Shown here piece after piece: positions 1 to 9,657 of a DNA stretch of 64,000 nucleotides. Position numbers and translations under genes: made by a program. The DNA lies in the NCBI GenBank assembly GCA_963833575.1, contig CAWHXY010000007.1:416001-480000 (forward strand). The letters are read 5' to 3'. Every line of letters begins with the position of its first letter. The first letter of the stretch is position 1. Below the pieces are notes generated by a model that saw only the letters and a list, made by a program, of their open reading frames with translations, was not told the DNA's origin and searched no databases. The DNA comes from Candidatus Bathyarchaeota archaeon. GTDB taxonomy: Archaea > Thermoproteota > Bathyarchaeia > Bathyarchaeales > Bathycorpusculaceae.

Positions 1-1
1 A

Positions 2-1375
2 GGTCACAACTACCACATCTACTTTTATGGATCATATATAAACACGTCATCCGTAGCGAAAACAGACTACGACGTTTACGTTTATGACCCAAGTGGAAAC
101 TTGGAAAGTACACACACAGAAGCTGCGGGTCTTCCCGAACACTTAGGAACAAACGTAAGTGTTGCACTTTTTACACCTAACCAATCGGGCAATTATACGT
201 TTTTTATTACAAATAATCCCAGTGACAGCATGGGCGCCCAACAAGCCACTTTCATGATTATTGAAACTCTGCAAACAGATCAATGGTACACCAGTAATAT
301 CGATGGTACGGATGATAACAATTCGAGAACAGCAAATACAGCTTGGGCCTATGAGTTCGTAACTAATGAGTCCTATGTTTCATTATATGTCAAGGTTGCT
401 AACACGCTTGACATGTACGAAGCTAGGCTTTACTTGATGAACAACGCTCAGTCGCCTACCTTAAATGACTATCCATTGCCTTGGGAACCGGGTCTGTACG
501 GCAACTTGAGTTCTCCCGTAGGTGGATACAACTTTGACAGCAATGCCTACAGAGGTGTAGCTTACGCTAGCTGTGAATACATGGGAAAATCTATGTTTCT
601 TAATTACACATCCGCTAACACTGGACTAAAACTTTATCATGTCGTCTTTATCGGCGAGAAAGGTTCAGGCGAAATAGAATACATGCTCAAAACTAATTTT
701 GATAATCGAACTCTAACACCCATAAATATGCCAACGAGAATTTACCCAAACAATTCCACCGAAATCTCTTTCTCAGCAAACGGTACTTCTTCTTTACAGA
801 CCGCTAAAATAGCCTACACAACTGATAATTGGACAAGCACTAACACTATTGATATGGCAGTCAACAATCAAACTTGCAACGCAACGATACCTGGTCAAAA
901 AGCAGGAACAATTGTCCAGTATAGAGTTAACGCTACAGATGTTCTTGAAAATGTCCTGGAAACGTCAGGCAACTTCACAATCAAAGAGCCCTTGACTCTA
1001 AACATTACTTCAGTTGAAGACAAGATAAAACAAGGAGAAAACGTCACAATCAACGGAAGTCTTACCCCAAGCATTCAGAATGCCACAGTTAAAGTGCAAT
1101 TCTTCAGCACAAATTCTACCGAAACAATAAATTGCACTGTTAACGATGTCGGCAATTTTACTGCCACTTTCAAACCTGACACTTCTGGACTTTGGGGTGT
1201 TACAGCTACTTTGCCTGAAACACAAACGTCTTACAGGTGCGATAGCGAACAATTAATGATAACAGTAACCCCACCGCCATTTTACGTTAAATACTCACTT
1301 TTCATCCTAATCGGTTTCATTGGTGCTGTAGCAGCAGGCTCAGTAGTTTACTTTTTAAAGTTCAAAAATAAATAA
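2..1375 (+). CDS. Secreted/membrane-anchored multidomain (Ig-like) protein, 5'-truncated by window edge
   Basis: Frame of ORF 101..1375 is open back to position 2; Thr/Asn-rich beta-strand domains and C-terminal TM helix with basic tail (…FILIGFIGAVAAGSVVYFLKFKNK). Confidence 0.75.
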   Translation, partial: GHNYHIYFYGSYINTSSVAKTDYDVYVYDPSGNLESTHTEAAGLPEHLGTNVSVALFTPNQSGNYTFFITNNPSDSMGAQQATFMIIETLQTDQWYTSNIDGTDDNNSRTANTAWAYEFVTNESYVSLYVKVANTLDMYEARLYLMNNAQSPTLNDYPLPWEPGLYGNLSSPVGGYNFDSNAYRGVAYASCEYMGKSMFLNYTSANTGLKLYHVVFIGEKGSGEIEYMLKTNFDNRTLTPINMPTRIYPNNSTEISFSANGTSSLQTAKIAYTTDNWTSTNTIDMAVNNQTCNATIPGQKAGTIVQYRVNATDVLENVLETSGNFTIKEPLTLNITSVEDKIKQGENVTINGSLTPSIQNATVKVQFFSTNSTETINCTVNDVGNFTATFKPDTSGLWGVTATLPETQTSYRCDSEQLMITVTPPPFYVKYSLFILIGFIGAVAAGSVVYFLKFKNK

Positions 1376-1389
1376 TATAGCTAAGGTAC

Positions 1390-1719
1390 ATGATTAGAAT
1401 GGATAATTTTGTCGCAGTTTTAGAAGAAAAAGAGTTACAAGAAGGAACAATGAAACTGATAAGGATTGAAGGTCTACCAGTTTTACTAATTAAGCAATCT
1501 GGCCAAATTTTCGTCATCGATAATCGATGCCCACATATGGCCTGTAGCCTCGCTGGCGGAACTTTGGATGGACCAGTAATTATTTGTCCTTGCCACGACT
1601 GGCGCTTTGACCTAAAAACAGGCGAATATGACCAAGACCCATCAATGAAATTAGTGACTTACGAATGGAAAATTGAATCAGGCAAGATATGGGTGAAAAT
1701 CGAAGAAGAAGAAGAGTAA
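1390..1719 (+). CDS. Rieske [2Fe-2S] ferredoxin
   Basis: CPH…CPCHDWRFD Rieske motifs. Confidence 0.9.
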   Translation: MIRMDNFVAVLEEKELQEGTMKLIRIEGLPVLLIKQSGQIFVIDNRCPHMACSLAGGTLDGPVIICPCHDWRFDLKTGEYDQDPSMKLVTYEWKIESGKIWVKIEEEEE

Positions 1720-1733
1720 AGAGAGAGGATTTT

Positions 1734-2666
1734 TCATTTAGCGGAACTTGAGATTACTTCATTTTTGTATTTATAATCTTTGCAAAATTCCCAGAAAGTC
1801 TCTGATATTTTTACGAGCGCTCTTTTTGGTCTAACTATATAGAGTTTTCTTGGGGTTTTGGCTTCCTTAATTTTAACAATTTTTATTAAGCCTGCTGCGT
1901 AGGCTTTTTTTGCAGCTATTGAAGAAATTATGCTTATGCCTCTTCCTTCTGAAACAGCAGTTACTATTGATTCGGTGCTTCCAAGAGCTAATGTAACCTT
2001 TAACTGTTCCAGGGAAAACTTGTTATTTTCAAGCAGGTGCTCAATTTCTTTTCTTGTTCCAGAAGTTTCTTCTCGGTCAATGAAAGGATACTTGATGATT
2101 TCACTTAGCATAGATGATTCCTGCTTGGCGAGTACATGATTGCATGGGACAATGAGTACTAAGTCTTCTTGTCCAACCTGGATGTAATCGAATTTTTCTT
2201 CATAACCGTGTATAGTTCCTACTGCGGCAAAATCAACATTGTTGGCTTGTAAGCTGTTTAGGCTGCTGAGGCTGTCTTCTGCTTTAATTCTAAATTTCAC
2301 ATGCGGATAACGATTTTGGAAGCCAGCAGCTAAACTGGGAATTATGTGCTCCTCAGGTATAGTGCTTGCAGCAATACTTATGGATCCAGATAGTTCTAGT
2401 TTAGCTGAGGAAATTTGGGCTTTTGCATTTTGAGTGTTTTTAAGTATTTTTTCTGCGGTTTCTTTGAGCGTTGCTCCTGCTTCCGTGAGTTCTACGCCGC
2501 TTGTTTTGCGTTTGAATAAGTCTGCATCGAAATATGCTTCTAATGCTGCTATGTGGTGGCTTACTGTACCTTGGCTGGTTTTAAGTTCTTTTGCTGCAAC
2601 CGAGAAGCTGCGTGTTCTAGCTACAACGAGGAATGTGTTGAGGTAATCGAATCGTATGGTTTCCAT
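1734..2666 (-). CDS. LysR-family transcriptional regulator (resembles selenium-metabolism-associated LysR)
   Basis: N-terminal LysR HTH (SFSVAAKELKTSQGTVSHHIAALE), ASTIP and REETSGTR substrate-domain motifs; divergent from dsrE-tusA-selD. Confidence 0.9.
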   Translation of the reverse strand: METIRFDYLNTFLVVARTRSFSVAAKELKTSQGTVSHHIAALEAYFDADLFKRKTSGVELTEAGATLKETAEKILKNTQNAKAQISSAKLELSGSISIAASTIPEEHIIPSLAAGFQNRYPHVKFRIKAEDSLSSLNSLQANNVDFAAVGTIHGYEEKFDYIQVGQEDLVLIVPCNHVLAKQESSMLSEIIKYPFIDREETSGTRKEIEHLLENNKFSLEQLKVTLALGSTESIVTAVSEGRGISIISSIAAKKAYAAGLIKIVKIKEAKTPRKLYIVRPKRALVKISETFWEFCKDYKYKNEVISSSAK

Positions 2667-2748
2667 GTGCTTTGTTAGAACCCTCTTTTGTCTTGTATTT
2701 AGTTTATTTAGAGTGTTTATATGTTATATGTTTTGATAGAAAGCATTA

Positions 2749-2765
2749 TATTAGTTTTTTTAATA
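2749..2765. promoter_or_regulatory. Possible LysR box (TATTA-N7-TAATA, contains T-N11-A)
   Basis: Palindrome in the lysR/dsrE divergent intergenic region; AT-rich context makes chance occurrence plausible. Confidence 0.3.
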
Positions 2766-2797
2766 ATTGTTATTCAGTAAAACTGAGGTTAAAATCT

Positions 2798-3148
2798 TTG
2801 GCAAATTTCACAATAATAATTTACGAAGCACCGTATGCAAAAGAACGCGCACTTTCAGCACTAAGATTTGCATGGACCTGCGACGTAGAAGGGCATACAG
2901 TAAGAATTTGGCTGTTCGAAGACGGCGTGTACCTGGCAAAGAAAGGCCAGAAACCAGCACAAGGCTTAACCAACTATGGCCAATTGCTAGAAGACCTCAT
3001 GAAAGGCGGCACTGAAGTGAAAGCCTGCATTGTTTGTGCGGATGCTCGCGGTTTAACTCAAGCAGACTTGATTGATGGAGTAAAAATTGCGACGGTTCAT
3101 GAACTTGTTGACTGGACAGTAAAAAGTGACAAAATAATCGTGTTTTAG
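2798..3148 (+). CDS. DsrE/DsrF-like sulfur relay protein
   Basis: APY…ALRFA, LFEDGVY and CxxC-ADARG motifs; TTG start at 2798 behind GAGGT (ORF track start 2672 is likely too far upstream). Confidence 0.85.
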   Translation: MANFTIIIYEAPYAKERALSALRFAWTCDVEGHTVRIWLFEDGVYLAKKGQKPAQGLTNYGQLLEDLMKGGTEVKACIVCADARGLTQADLIDGVKIATVHELVDWTVKSDKIIVF

Positions 3149-3158
3149 GCGGCTATTA

Positions 3159-3383
3159 TTGGAAACTGAAAAGTTAGACGTTAAAGGAAAAATGTGTCCT
3201 ATGCCCGTAGCGTTTACGAAGCGTAGGCTGGAAAATATGTTGTCTGGGCAACTGCTGGAGGTTGTTGGTGAGGGAGAGCTTGAGTTTGATAATATCCAGC
3301 GTTGGGTAAAGAATAATGGACATCAAGTTTTAGAAAGTTCTAAATTGGAAAACGAGTTCCGTTTAATAATAAAAAAACATTGA
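3159..3383 (+). CDS. tusA: TusA/SirA-family sulfur carrier
   Basis: LDVKGKMCPMP motif, 74 aa. Confidence 0.88.
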   Translation: METEKLDVKGKMCPMPVAFTKRRLENMLSGQLLEVVGEGELEFDNIQRWVKNNGHQVLESSKLENEFRLIIKKH

Positions 3384-3399
3384 TAATATGTGATGGAAG

Positions 3400-4419
3400 T
3401 TGGGGTACAGATTAACTAAAGCGGTTCCTGTTCACGGTTGCAGCTGCAAGCTTCCACAATATCAGCTGGGCGGTTTGTTGGATAAGGCTGGTTTGTCAGA
3501 GGGGTTTAGTGAGGAAGTGTTGGCTGGTCCATGGGAAAATTCCAGCGTGGTCAAAATCGCAGATAACCTTGCTGTCCTGAATACGCTTGATTTTTTCACT
3601 CCAATGGTAGATGAACCAGAAATTCAAGGCAGAATTGCAGGAAGCAACGTAACCAGCGATATCTACGCTTTGGCCGTCACAAACATTGTTAGTGTATTGT
3701 CGATTATGGCTTTTCCCGAGAATATGCCTGACGAGTTGGCCGTGGGGATGCTGAAAGGGTTTGGTGATTTTTGCCGTGAGATGGGTGCGCCTGTGGTTGG
3801 TGGTCACACGATAAGGAACCCTTGGCCAATTATTGGCGGTGCGGCAACAGGCATTGGTGACCCAGAAAAAATTGTCTACACTCGTGGAGCACAAGTGGGT
3901 GACCGATTATTTTTGACCAAGCCACTTGGGATTGCGCCCGCGATGGCTGCTTACCGTTTACGCAAAGAGGACGAAGGCAAAGAACTCCTCCAAGGCGTTT
4001 CCGAGGACTTAATTGATGCGGCTATCGAAGGTGCTATCAGTGGAATGATTACTTCTAACAAGCCTGTCGCAGAAGCTATGCAGAAAGTTCCAGTGCATGC
4101 TGCAACAGACGTAACAGGTTTCGGTCTTAAAGGTCACGCATCAAACATGGCGGTTCTTGGCAACGTTGACATCATCATTGACCAGTTGGCAGTAATTCGC
4201 GGCACGCCTGTGTTGACGGAAATTTTCGGTTACCCATTACTTCAGGGTGAAGCAAAGGAGACTGCTGGCGGAATGCTAATCGCCGTAGCTAAAGAAAATG
4301 TGGATACCTTGTTGAGCGAGTTGGATAAACGTAAGGTTAGGCACTTCGAAGTTGGCTATGTAATGCAAGGCCATGGAAACGTTAACGTCCTTAAAGACGC
4401 TAAGGTCATTGAGGCATAA
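3400..4419 (+). CDS. selD: Selenide, water dikinase (selenophosphate synthetase), Cys form
   Basis: GCSCK N-terminal motif, DFFTP, SDIYA, GGHT, LTKPLG, TDVTGFGL and ETAGGML motifs. Confidence 0.9.
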   Translation: MGYRLTKAVPVHGCSCKLPQYQLGGLLDKAGLSEGFSEEVLAGPWENSSVVKIADNLAVLNTLDFFTPMVDEPEIQGRIAGSNVTSDIYALAVTNIVSVLSIMAFPENMPDELAVGMLKGFGDFCREMGAPVVGGHTIRNPWPIIGGAATGIGDPEKIVYTRGAQVGDRLFLTKPLGIAPAMAAYRLRKEDEGKELLQGVSEDLIDAAIEGAISGMITSNKPVAEAMQKVPVHAATDVTGFGLKGHASNMAVLGNVDIIIDQLAVIRGTPVLTEIFGYPLLQGEAKETAGGMLIAVAKENVDTLLSELDKRKVRHFEVGYVMQGHGNVNVLKDAKVIEA

Positions 4420-4540
4420 TCAGCCTTTCTTTTCAAACACTTCAGTAGAGAACGTACCCGTTGTAATTTTAGCATATAATATATATTGATTAAATAACGT
4501 ATGTACTGTTAATACTTGCACATTATTTGGAGAAAGGTTC

Positions 4541-5608
4541 ATGGAAAGAAAAATAATGTCCTTAGGTAAGTCATCACTGGTTATATCTCTCCCAAAAGAA
4601 TGGATGCAATTAAACGACCTGAAAAAAGGCGACTCAGTGTCATTCAACATTCAAAGGGACCGATCCTTAGTCGTTTACCCCGGCGCTCTAAAAAAATCGG
4701 AACCAAAAGAAATAACACTTAGCGTTGGACAAAACGAAGAAGAACTACTCATATCACAGAAAATCCTCGGAGCCTTCCTAAATGGTTATTCAGGCATCAT
4801 ATTAACGTCTGAAAAAATTTTTTCAGTAACTCAAACGAAAGCGATTCGCCGCATGGCGGGCAGACTCTATATGAGAGTTATGGAAGCTGATGCAAAATGC
4901 GTTTACATTCAAAGCCTCATGGATGAGTCGAAAGCTTCTTTGGAGCAGGCTATTCAACGTATGCACCTTATCTCACGCTCAATGATTGAAGGCGCCATCA
5001 ACTCATTAAAAAGCAGCGACATCGAGCTATCAAAATCCGTGATGCCCTTGGACGATGATGTTGACCACTTTGGCTTCTTTATCCTCAGAATTCTCCGTAA
5101 CGCTGCTCAAGACCCCATCTTAGCCAACGAGTTACACGTTGATCCGCTAGATTGTATGGATCACCAAATTCTTGTCTACCGCATGGAGTACGCAGGGGAC
5201 TACGCTGCAGACATCGCGCGCCACATCATCATGCTTGACGGTGCAAAACAAAAGATTCCAGATGAAGTTTTGTCGATTATGATTTCTACTGGAAAAGAGG
5301 TTTTGGAGCTTTACATTAAAGGAATTGAAGCCTTCTTCTCAAAAGATGTCGCTGCGGCAGTTGAAATAATGAAGTACAGACAAAAAATGGACAAAGCTGA
5401 AATGGAAATAGCTACAAAATCTTTCACGGGTCCCCCAAAAAGTTCTGATCTTGTCTGCGGCATCTGCTCAATCCGCGATGATATAAAAAGAATTTGCCAC
5501 TGCGCCTTCAGTATGGCGGAAATAACAGTTAACCGTGCCTTTAAAGCGCCCAACCCTGAGTCGAGCGATTTTAGCGAATTAAACGAGCAAAAACAAAAAT
5601 TAGGTTAA
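4541..5608 (+). CDS. AbrB-PhoU archaeal phosphate-uptake-regulator family protein
   Basis: N-terminal AbrB (RKIMSLGKSSLVISLPKEW) plus two PhoU helical repeats (DDDVD; EYAGDYA). Confidence 0.85.
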   Translation: MERKIMSLGKSSLVISLPKEWMQLNDLKKGDSVSFNIQRDRSLVVYPGALKKSEPKEITLSVGQNEEELLISQKILGAFLNGYSGIILTSEKIFSVTQTKAIRRMAGRLYMRVMEADAKCVYIQSLMDESKASLEQAIQRMHLISRSMIEGAINSLKSSDIELSKSVMPLDDDVDHFGFFILRILRNAAQDPILANELHVDPLDCMDHQILVYRMEYAGDYAADIARHIIMLDGAKQKIPDEVLSIMISTGKEVLELYIKGIEAFFSKDVAAAVEIMKYRQKMDKAEMEIATKSFTGPPKSSDLVCGICSIRDDIKRICHCAFSMAEITVNRAFKAPNPESSDFSELNEQKQKLG

Positions 5609-7054
5609 CATGGCAGAGGGCGTCAAAGTCGTTTCTTTTTTACGGCAATTTAGAAAGCTGTGTATGCTTTGTGCAGCAATTCTGCCTGAGCCCATCGCAC
5701 TAATCACTGTAGCTTCACCGGTTGCTATGTCACCGCCTGCGTAAACTGCTTCTAAACTAGTTTGGCCAGTTTCTCTATCAATCGCTATTATACCGCTGCT
5801 TAGGGTTTTCAATCCTTTGGTTGTAGCTTGAATTATCGGGTTAGGTGTGCGTCCGATGGCAACAATTACTGTGTCAACATCCAAGGTGACTTCTGAACCT
5901 TTGATTGGAACCGGTTTACTTCTTCCTGTCGCGTCAGGCTCAGTAAGTTTCATCGTTACATATTCCATGCCTTTAACTTGTCCATGATCATCAGCTATGA
6001 ACCGTGTTGGCGCAACAAGGAATTTGAAGTATATCCCTTCTTCTTCAGCGTTGGATATTTCCTCTTCTCTAGCAGGCATATCGTCTCTTGACCGACGATA
6101 AACAATAGATACCTGTTCAGCACCTAGCCGCAATGCGCATCGCGCTGAATCCAAAGCTACGTTGCCTCCGCCGATGACAGCGACTTTTTTGCCGATGTGT
6201 ATTGGTGTTTTGTACTCTGGAAACTTGTAGGACTTCATGAGGTTGACTCGAATCAAAAACTCGTTTGCCGAGTAGATTCCACAGAGATTTTCCCCTACGA
6301 TACCCATGAATTTTGGAAGACCTGCGCCTGTAGCTATAAAAACGGCGTCAAAGCCATTTGCCAGCAATTCCTCGACAGTGAAGAGTCTACCTATCAAAGC
6401 GTCAGTGTGTAATTCTACACCTATACTTTTGATGTATTCAACTTCTGTTTGAACGATATGTTTAGGTAATCGAAACTCTGGAATCCCATACACCAATACG
6501 CCGCCTGCAGTATGAAGCGCTTCATAAACCGCAACTTTATACCCTAGCTTAGCCAAATCAGCCGCCACCGTCAACCCCGCAGGGCCAGCGCCGACAACCG
6601 CTACTTTTCGTCCATTCCAAGCTTTGACATGTTTAGCTGTTGTGTCTATTTCTTGTTCAAGGTCAGGGACAAAACGCTCAAGTCGCCCAATTGACACTGA
6701 TTCGCCTTTTCTGCCCATTATACAGTATTTTTGGCATTGTTCCTCTTGAGGGCAAACCCGTCCGCATATAGCGGGGAGGCTGTTTTTTTCTCTAATTTTT
6801 GAGATGGCTTCTTGGTATTTCTTTTCTTTAATGTATTTTATGAATGCGGGAATGTCAACACCCACTGGGCAGCCGCTAACGCATTGGGGGTTTGGGCAGG
6901 TTAAGCATCTTGAAGCTTCTGCCAAGGCTTGCTCTTTAGAGTAACCCAACATTACTTCTTTGAAGTTTTCAATGCGTTCTTCTGGGTCTTGTTTTGGTGC
7001 TTTAACTGATTGCCATCGGTTCGGGGAACTGTTTAAGTTTAGTGGCTGTGGCAT
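5600..7054 (-). CDS. nfnB: NfnB/SudA (GltD-like) flavin/Fe-S subunit of NADH-dependent ferredoxin:NADP+ oxidoreductase
   Basis: EASRCLTC…CP, CGRVCPQEEQC, GAGPAG, YGIPEFRLPK, GGGNVA motifs; overlaps the nfnA-like gene. Confidence 0.85.
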   Translation of the reverse strand: MPQPLNLNSSPNRWQSVKAPKQDPEERIENFKEVMLGYSKEQALAEASRCLTCPNPQCVSGCPVGVDIPAFIKYIKEKKYQEAISKIREKNSLPAICGRVCPQEEQCQKYCIMGRKGESVSIGRLERFVPDLEQEIDTTAKHVKAWNGRKVAVVGAGPAGLTVAADLAKLGYKVAVYEALHTAGGVLVYGIPEFRLPKHIVQTEVEYIKSIGVELHTDALIGRLFTVEELLANGFDAVFIATGAGLPKFMGIVGENLCGIYSANEFLIRVNLMKSYKFPEYKTPIHIGKKVAVIGGGNVALDSARCALRLGAEQVSIVYRRSRDDMPAREEEISNAEEEGIYFKFLVAPTRFIADDHGQVKGMEYVTMKLTEPDATGRSKPVPIKGSEVTLDVDTVIVAIGRTPNPIIQATTKGLKTLSSGIIAIDRETGQTSLEAVYAGGDIATGEATVISAMGSGRIAAQSIHSFLNCRKKETTLTPSAMLT

Positions 7055-7929
7055 GTGCAGGTGCCTCCTGAAGGTGCATTACTGTGAGTAGTTAACTTTT
7101 CCTCGTTGGTGTAGCTTTTGAGCCTCTGGACAAGTTCTTTAAAGTTAACTTGGTGAGCGTCAAATTCTGGACCGTCCACACAAGCGAACTGGGTTTTTTC
7201 GCCTACGGAAACCCGGCAGGCCCCACACATGCCCATGCCATCAACCATGATTGGATTTAGACTGACGATTGTTTTTATGCCGAATGGACGCGTAACTTCA
7301 GCTACAGCGTTCATCATCATCGGCGGACCAACAACAAAGACGAGATCGAATTTATAGTCTTCACTGATTAGGGCTTTTAGAACGTCGATGACGAAACCTT
7401 TCTGCCCTTTTGAACCATCGCCAGTTGAAAAATAAATTTCGTCGGAAACCGTTATCATCTCCGGCGTCAATATGAAAAGGTCTTTGTTTCGTGCACCCAT
7501 AATGGTTAAAACGCAGTTTTTTGCTTCTTTGAGAGCTTTAGCAACAGGGTACGCTACGGCAGTCCCAACGCCGCCACAAACCACTGCGACTTTGCCGTAG
7601 TTTTGGATTTCGCTAGGTTTTCCCAAAGGGCCTGCAAGGTTTTGGATTTTTTCACCGGCTTCGAGTTTGCCGAGTTCAATTGTTGAGTAACCGACTTCTT
7701 GGAATATGATGGTGATTGTACCTTCGTGTTTGTCCCAATTTGCTAAGGTTAGGGGGATTCGTTCACTGTTTGCATGTGCTTTAAGGATTACGAATTGTCC
7801 GGGTTGGGCTTTTTGAGCTATAGTTGGGGCATGGATTTTTAAGAGTTTTACTTGTGGGTTTAGTTGTTGTTTTTGGATGATTTTGTTGTTGTCTGCTTCT
7901 TTTTTTGTTTGGGTTTGAGGCATTTTCAC
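7039..7929 (-). CDS. nfnA: NfnA/SudB (PyrK-like) FAD/[2Fe-2S] subunit
   Basis: PGQFV, ERIPLT, GPLG, MVDGMGMCGACRV…CVDGPEFD motifs. Confidence 0.85.
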   Translation of the reverse strand: MKMPQTQTKKEADNNKIIQKQQLNPQVKLLKIHAPTIAQKAQPGQFVILKAHANSERIPLTLANWDKHEGTITIIFQEVGYSTIELGKLEAGEKIQNLAGPLGKPSEIQNYGKVAVVCGGVGTAVAYPVAKALKEAKNCVLTIMGARNKDLFILTPEMITVSDEIYFSTGDGSKGQKGFVIDVLKALISEDYKFDLVFVVGPPMMMNAVAEVTRPFGIKTIVSLNPIMVDGMGMCGACRVSVGEKTQFACVDGPEFDAHQVNFKELVQRLKSYTNEEKLTTHSNAPSGGTCTCHSH

Positions 7930-7994
7930 GTTCTCCCTTTACACTATACAATAAATACTCGTATAGTCGGTATATACAATATATACTATAAAAG

Positions 7995-8018
7995 CGTTAT
8001 GATTACACAAACATGACG
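7995..8018. promoter_or_regulatory. Putative ModE operator CGTTATGA-N8-ACATGACG
   Basis: Imperfect palindrome resembling the ModE-type box, between divergent nfnA and modE. Confidence 0.6.
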
Positions 8019-8099
8019 AGCTCATGTAAGAAAACTAGAACCCAAACAAGCATTAAACTTAAGTCTCCCTCTCGCACCAACATACAAACAGTGACTAAC

Positions 8100-8429
8100 A
8101 TGTGCACCCTACGCTTTGAAACCAAACTCTGGATGGTAAACGAAAAAGACGAAGCAGTTTTCGGAGACGGCTTAGCCGAACTTCTCGAAACAATAGGCAA
8201 ACACCACTCAATTTTAGGAGCAGCTGAACAGTTAAAAATGTCTTACAGATACGCCTTACACAGAATAACTTTGGCCGAAAAAAGACTAGGGCAACCATTA
8301 GTCATACGCGTTCACGGCGGAGCAAAAGGCGGCGGCTCATCAGAGGTCACGGATTTTGGCAGGGAACTTGTAAAACGGTATCGAACCGCGCAAACGGAAC
8401 TTCAACAGATTTTAGAACAAATGCATTAG
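8100..8429 (+). CDS. modE: ModE-family winged-helix regulator (DNA-binding domain only)
   Basis: FGDGLAELLETI…SILGAAEQLKMSYRYA…GGAKGGGSEVT signature; directly upstream of modABC; ATG at 8100 preferred over 8013. Confidence 0.85.
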   Translation: MCTLRFETKLWMVNEKDEAVFGDGLAELLETIGKHHSILGAAEQLKMSYRYALHRITLAEKRLGQPLVIRVHGGAKGGGSSEVTDFGRELVKRYRTAQTELQQILEQMH

Positions 8430-8536
8430 ATTCTGAGTTTTTCTCAGTCTTGTTTGTTAACAGTTCTGTTATTGTTATCATTTGTATGTTTCACTTTTTT
8501 TGCTTGGCAAGAAATGTTTATATCCAAAACAAAACT

Positions 8537-8562
8537 TCGATATGACTCAATTATAACATCGA
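8537..8562. promoter_or_regulatory. Putative ModE operator TCGATATGA-N8-TAACATCGA at modA promoter
   Basis: Palindrome between a TATA-like TTTATATC (8517-8524) and the modA ATG (8574). Confidence 0.55.
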
Positions 8563-8573
8563 GGAAAATTAGA

Positions 8574-9602
8574 ATGAACAACAAATATATTGCCATAATA
8601 TTAACAGTCATAATTATCATAGCTGCGGTAGCAGGTTACTTAGCATACTCGGGAACATTCTCCGGAAACGCCAACACTAAACCATCACCGACCCCAACCC
8701 TAACGCCCACCCCAACAATTTCGCCAACAACGACGCCAACTGCTTCACCTTCACCCACTCCAACACACACGGCATCACCGACACCAACACCCTCACCGAC
8801 CCCTACGCCCACACCCACGCCCTCTCCACCACCCACAACACTCACAGTGTTCGTAGCCTCAAGCATGTCCAACGTCATCGCAAACATGACCCAAGCATTC
8901 GACAAGCAATATAACTGCAACATAGTAGTCAACTCTGGATCTTCAAGCACACTTGAAGGACAAATCGCTCAAGGCGTACCATGCGATGTCTTCTTGTCCG
9001 CTGACATCAAATGGACCAACACACTAAACGCTACAGCCGGAACATACGGCAACTTCATCACCAACTTCACAACAAACAAACTATGTGTTATCATAGCTCC
9101 GGGCAACCCGAAAAACATCACATCACTAGCCGATTTAGCGTCTAATGCTACAGGTACTAACAAGATACATATCGTAATAGCGCAGACAACCGTACCTGTA
9201 GGCTCATACACAAACCAAACCCTGACAAACATTAGTAACACATGGGGCAACTCGAGCTCGCCAAGCTACGTCACAAACGGTTCTTACGTCAACTATTACA
9301 CGAATTTCCAAAACAACGTCATTAATACATTACAAACTGACGAACAAGTCGTTGGCGCCGTCAACCTCAACGTTGGTGTGGCTGACGCTGGTATCGTATT
9401 CTATTCTGATGAAGTTTATGCTAACATGGCACAACAAACAGTACAATTCATTTCTATACCTAACTCTGTAAACACCATTGGCACTTACGGCATTTGCATA
9501 CCTAGCGAAACAACTCAATCAGCTCTAGCGCAAGACTTCTATAATTACTGGCTTTCAACTCAAGGACAAGCGTTACTAACAGAATTCGGATTCGGGTCAT
9601 AA
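8574..9602 (+). CDS. modA: Molybdate/tungstate ABC transporter substrate-binding protein with N-terminal anchor and Pro/Thr linker
   Basis: [19 protein letters not shown]…[23 protein letters not shown] motifs; ATG 8574 precedes the hydrophobic anchor. Confidence 0.88.
   Translation: MNNKYIAIILTVIIIIAAVAGYLAYSGTFSGNANTKPSPTPTLTPTPTISPTTTPTASPSPTPTHTASPTPTPSPTPTPTPTPSPPPTTLTVFVASSMSNVIANMTQAFDKQYNCNIVVNSGSSSTLEGQIAQGVPCDVFLSADIKWTNTLNATAGTYGNFITNFTTNKLCVIIAPGNPKNITSLADLASNATGTNKIHIVIAQTTVPVGSYTNQTLTNISNTWGNSSSPSYVTNGSYVNYYTNFQNNVINTLQTDEQVVGAVNLNVGVADAGIVFYSDEVYANMAQQTVQFISIPNSVNTIGTYGICIPSETTQSALAQDFYNYWLSTQGQALLTEFGFGS
8686..8840 (+). repeat. Pro/Thr/Ser low-complexity linker (coding)
   Basis: [12 protein letters not shown]…PSPPPTT tract in ModA. 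Confidence 0.8.
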
Positions 9603-9657
9603 AAGTGATATTAAGCACTTCTGTACCCTTTTTTTCAGTTATCAACCGGTGTGACTA

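Noticed and set aside
8636-8950. Gly/Val-rich antisense ORFs (also 42772..43104)
   Set aside because: Reverse-complement artefacts of Pro/Thr linkers
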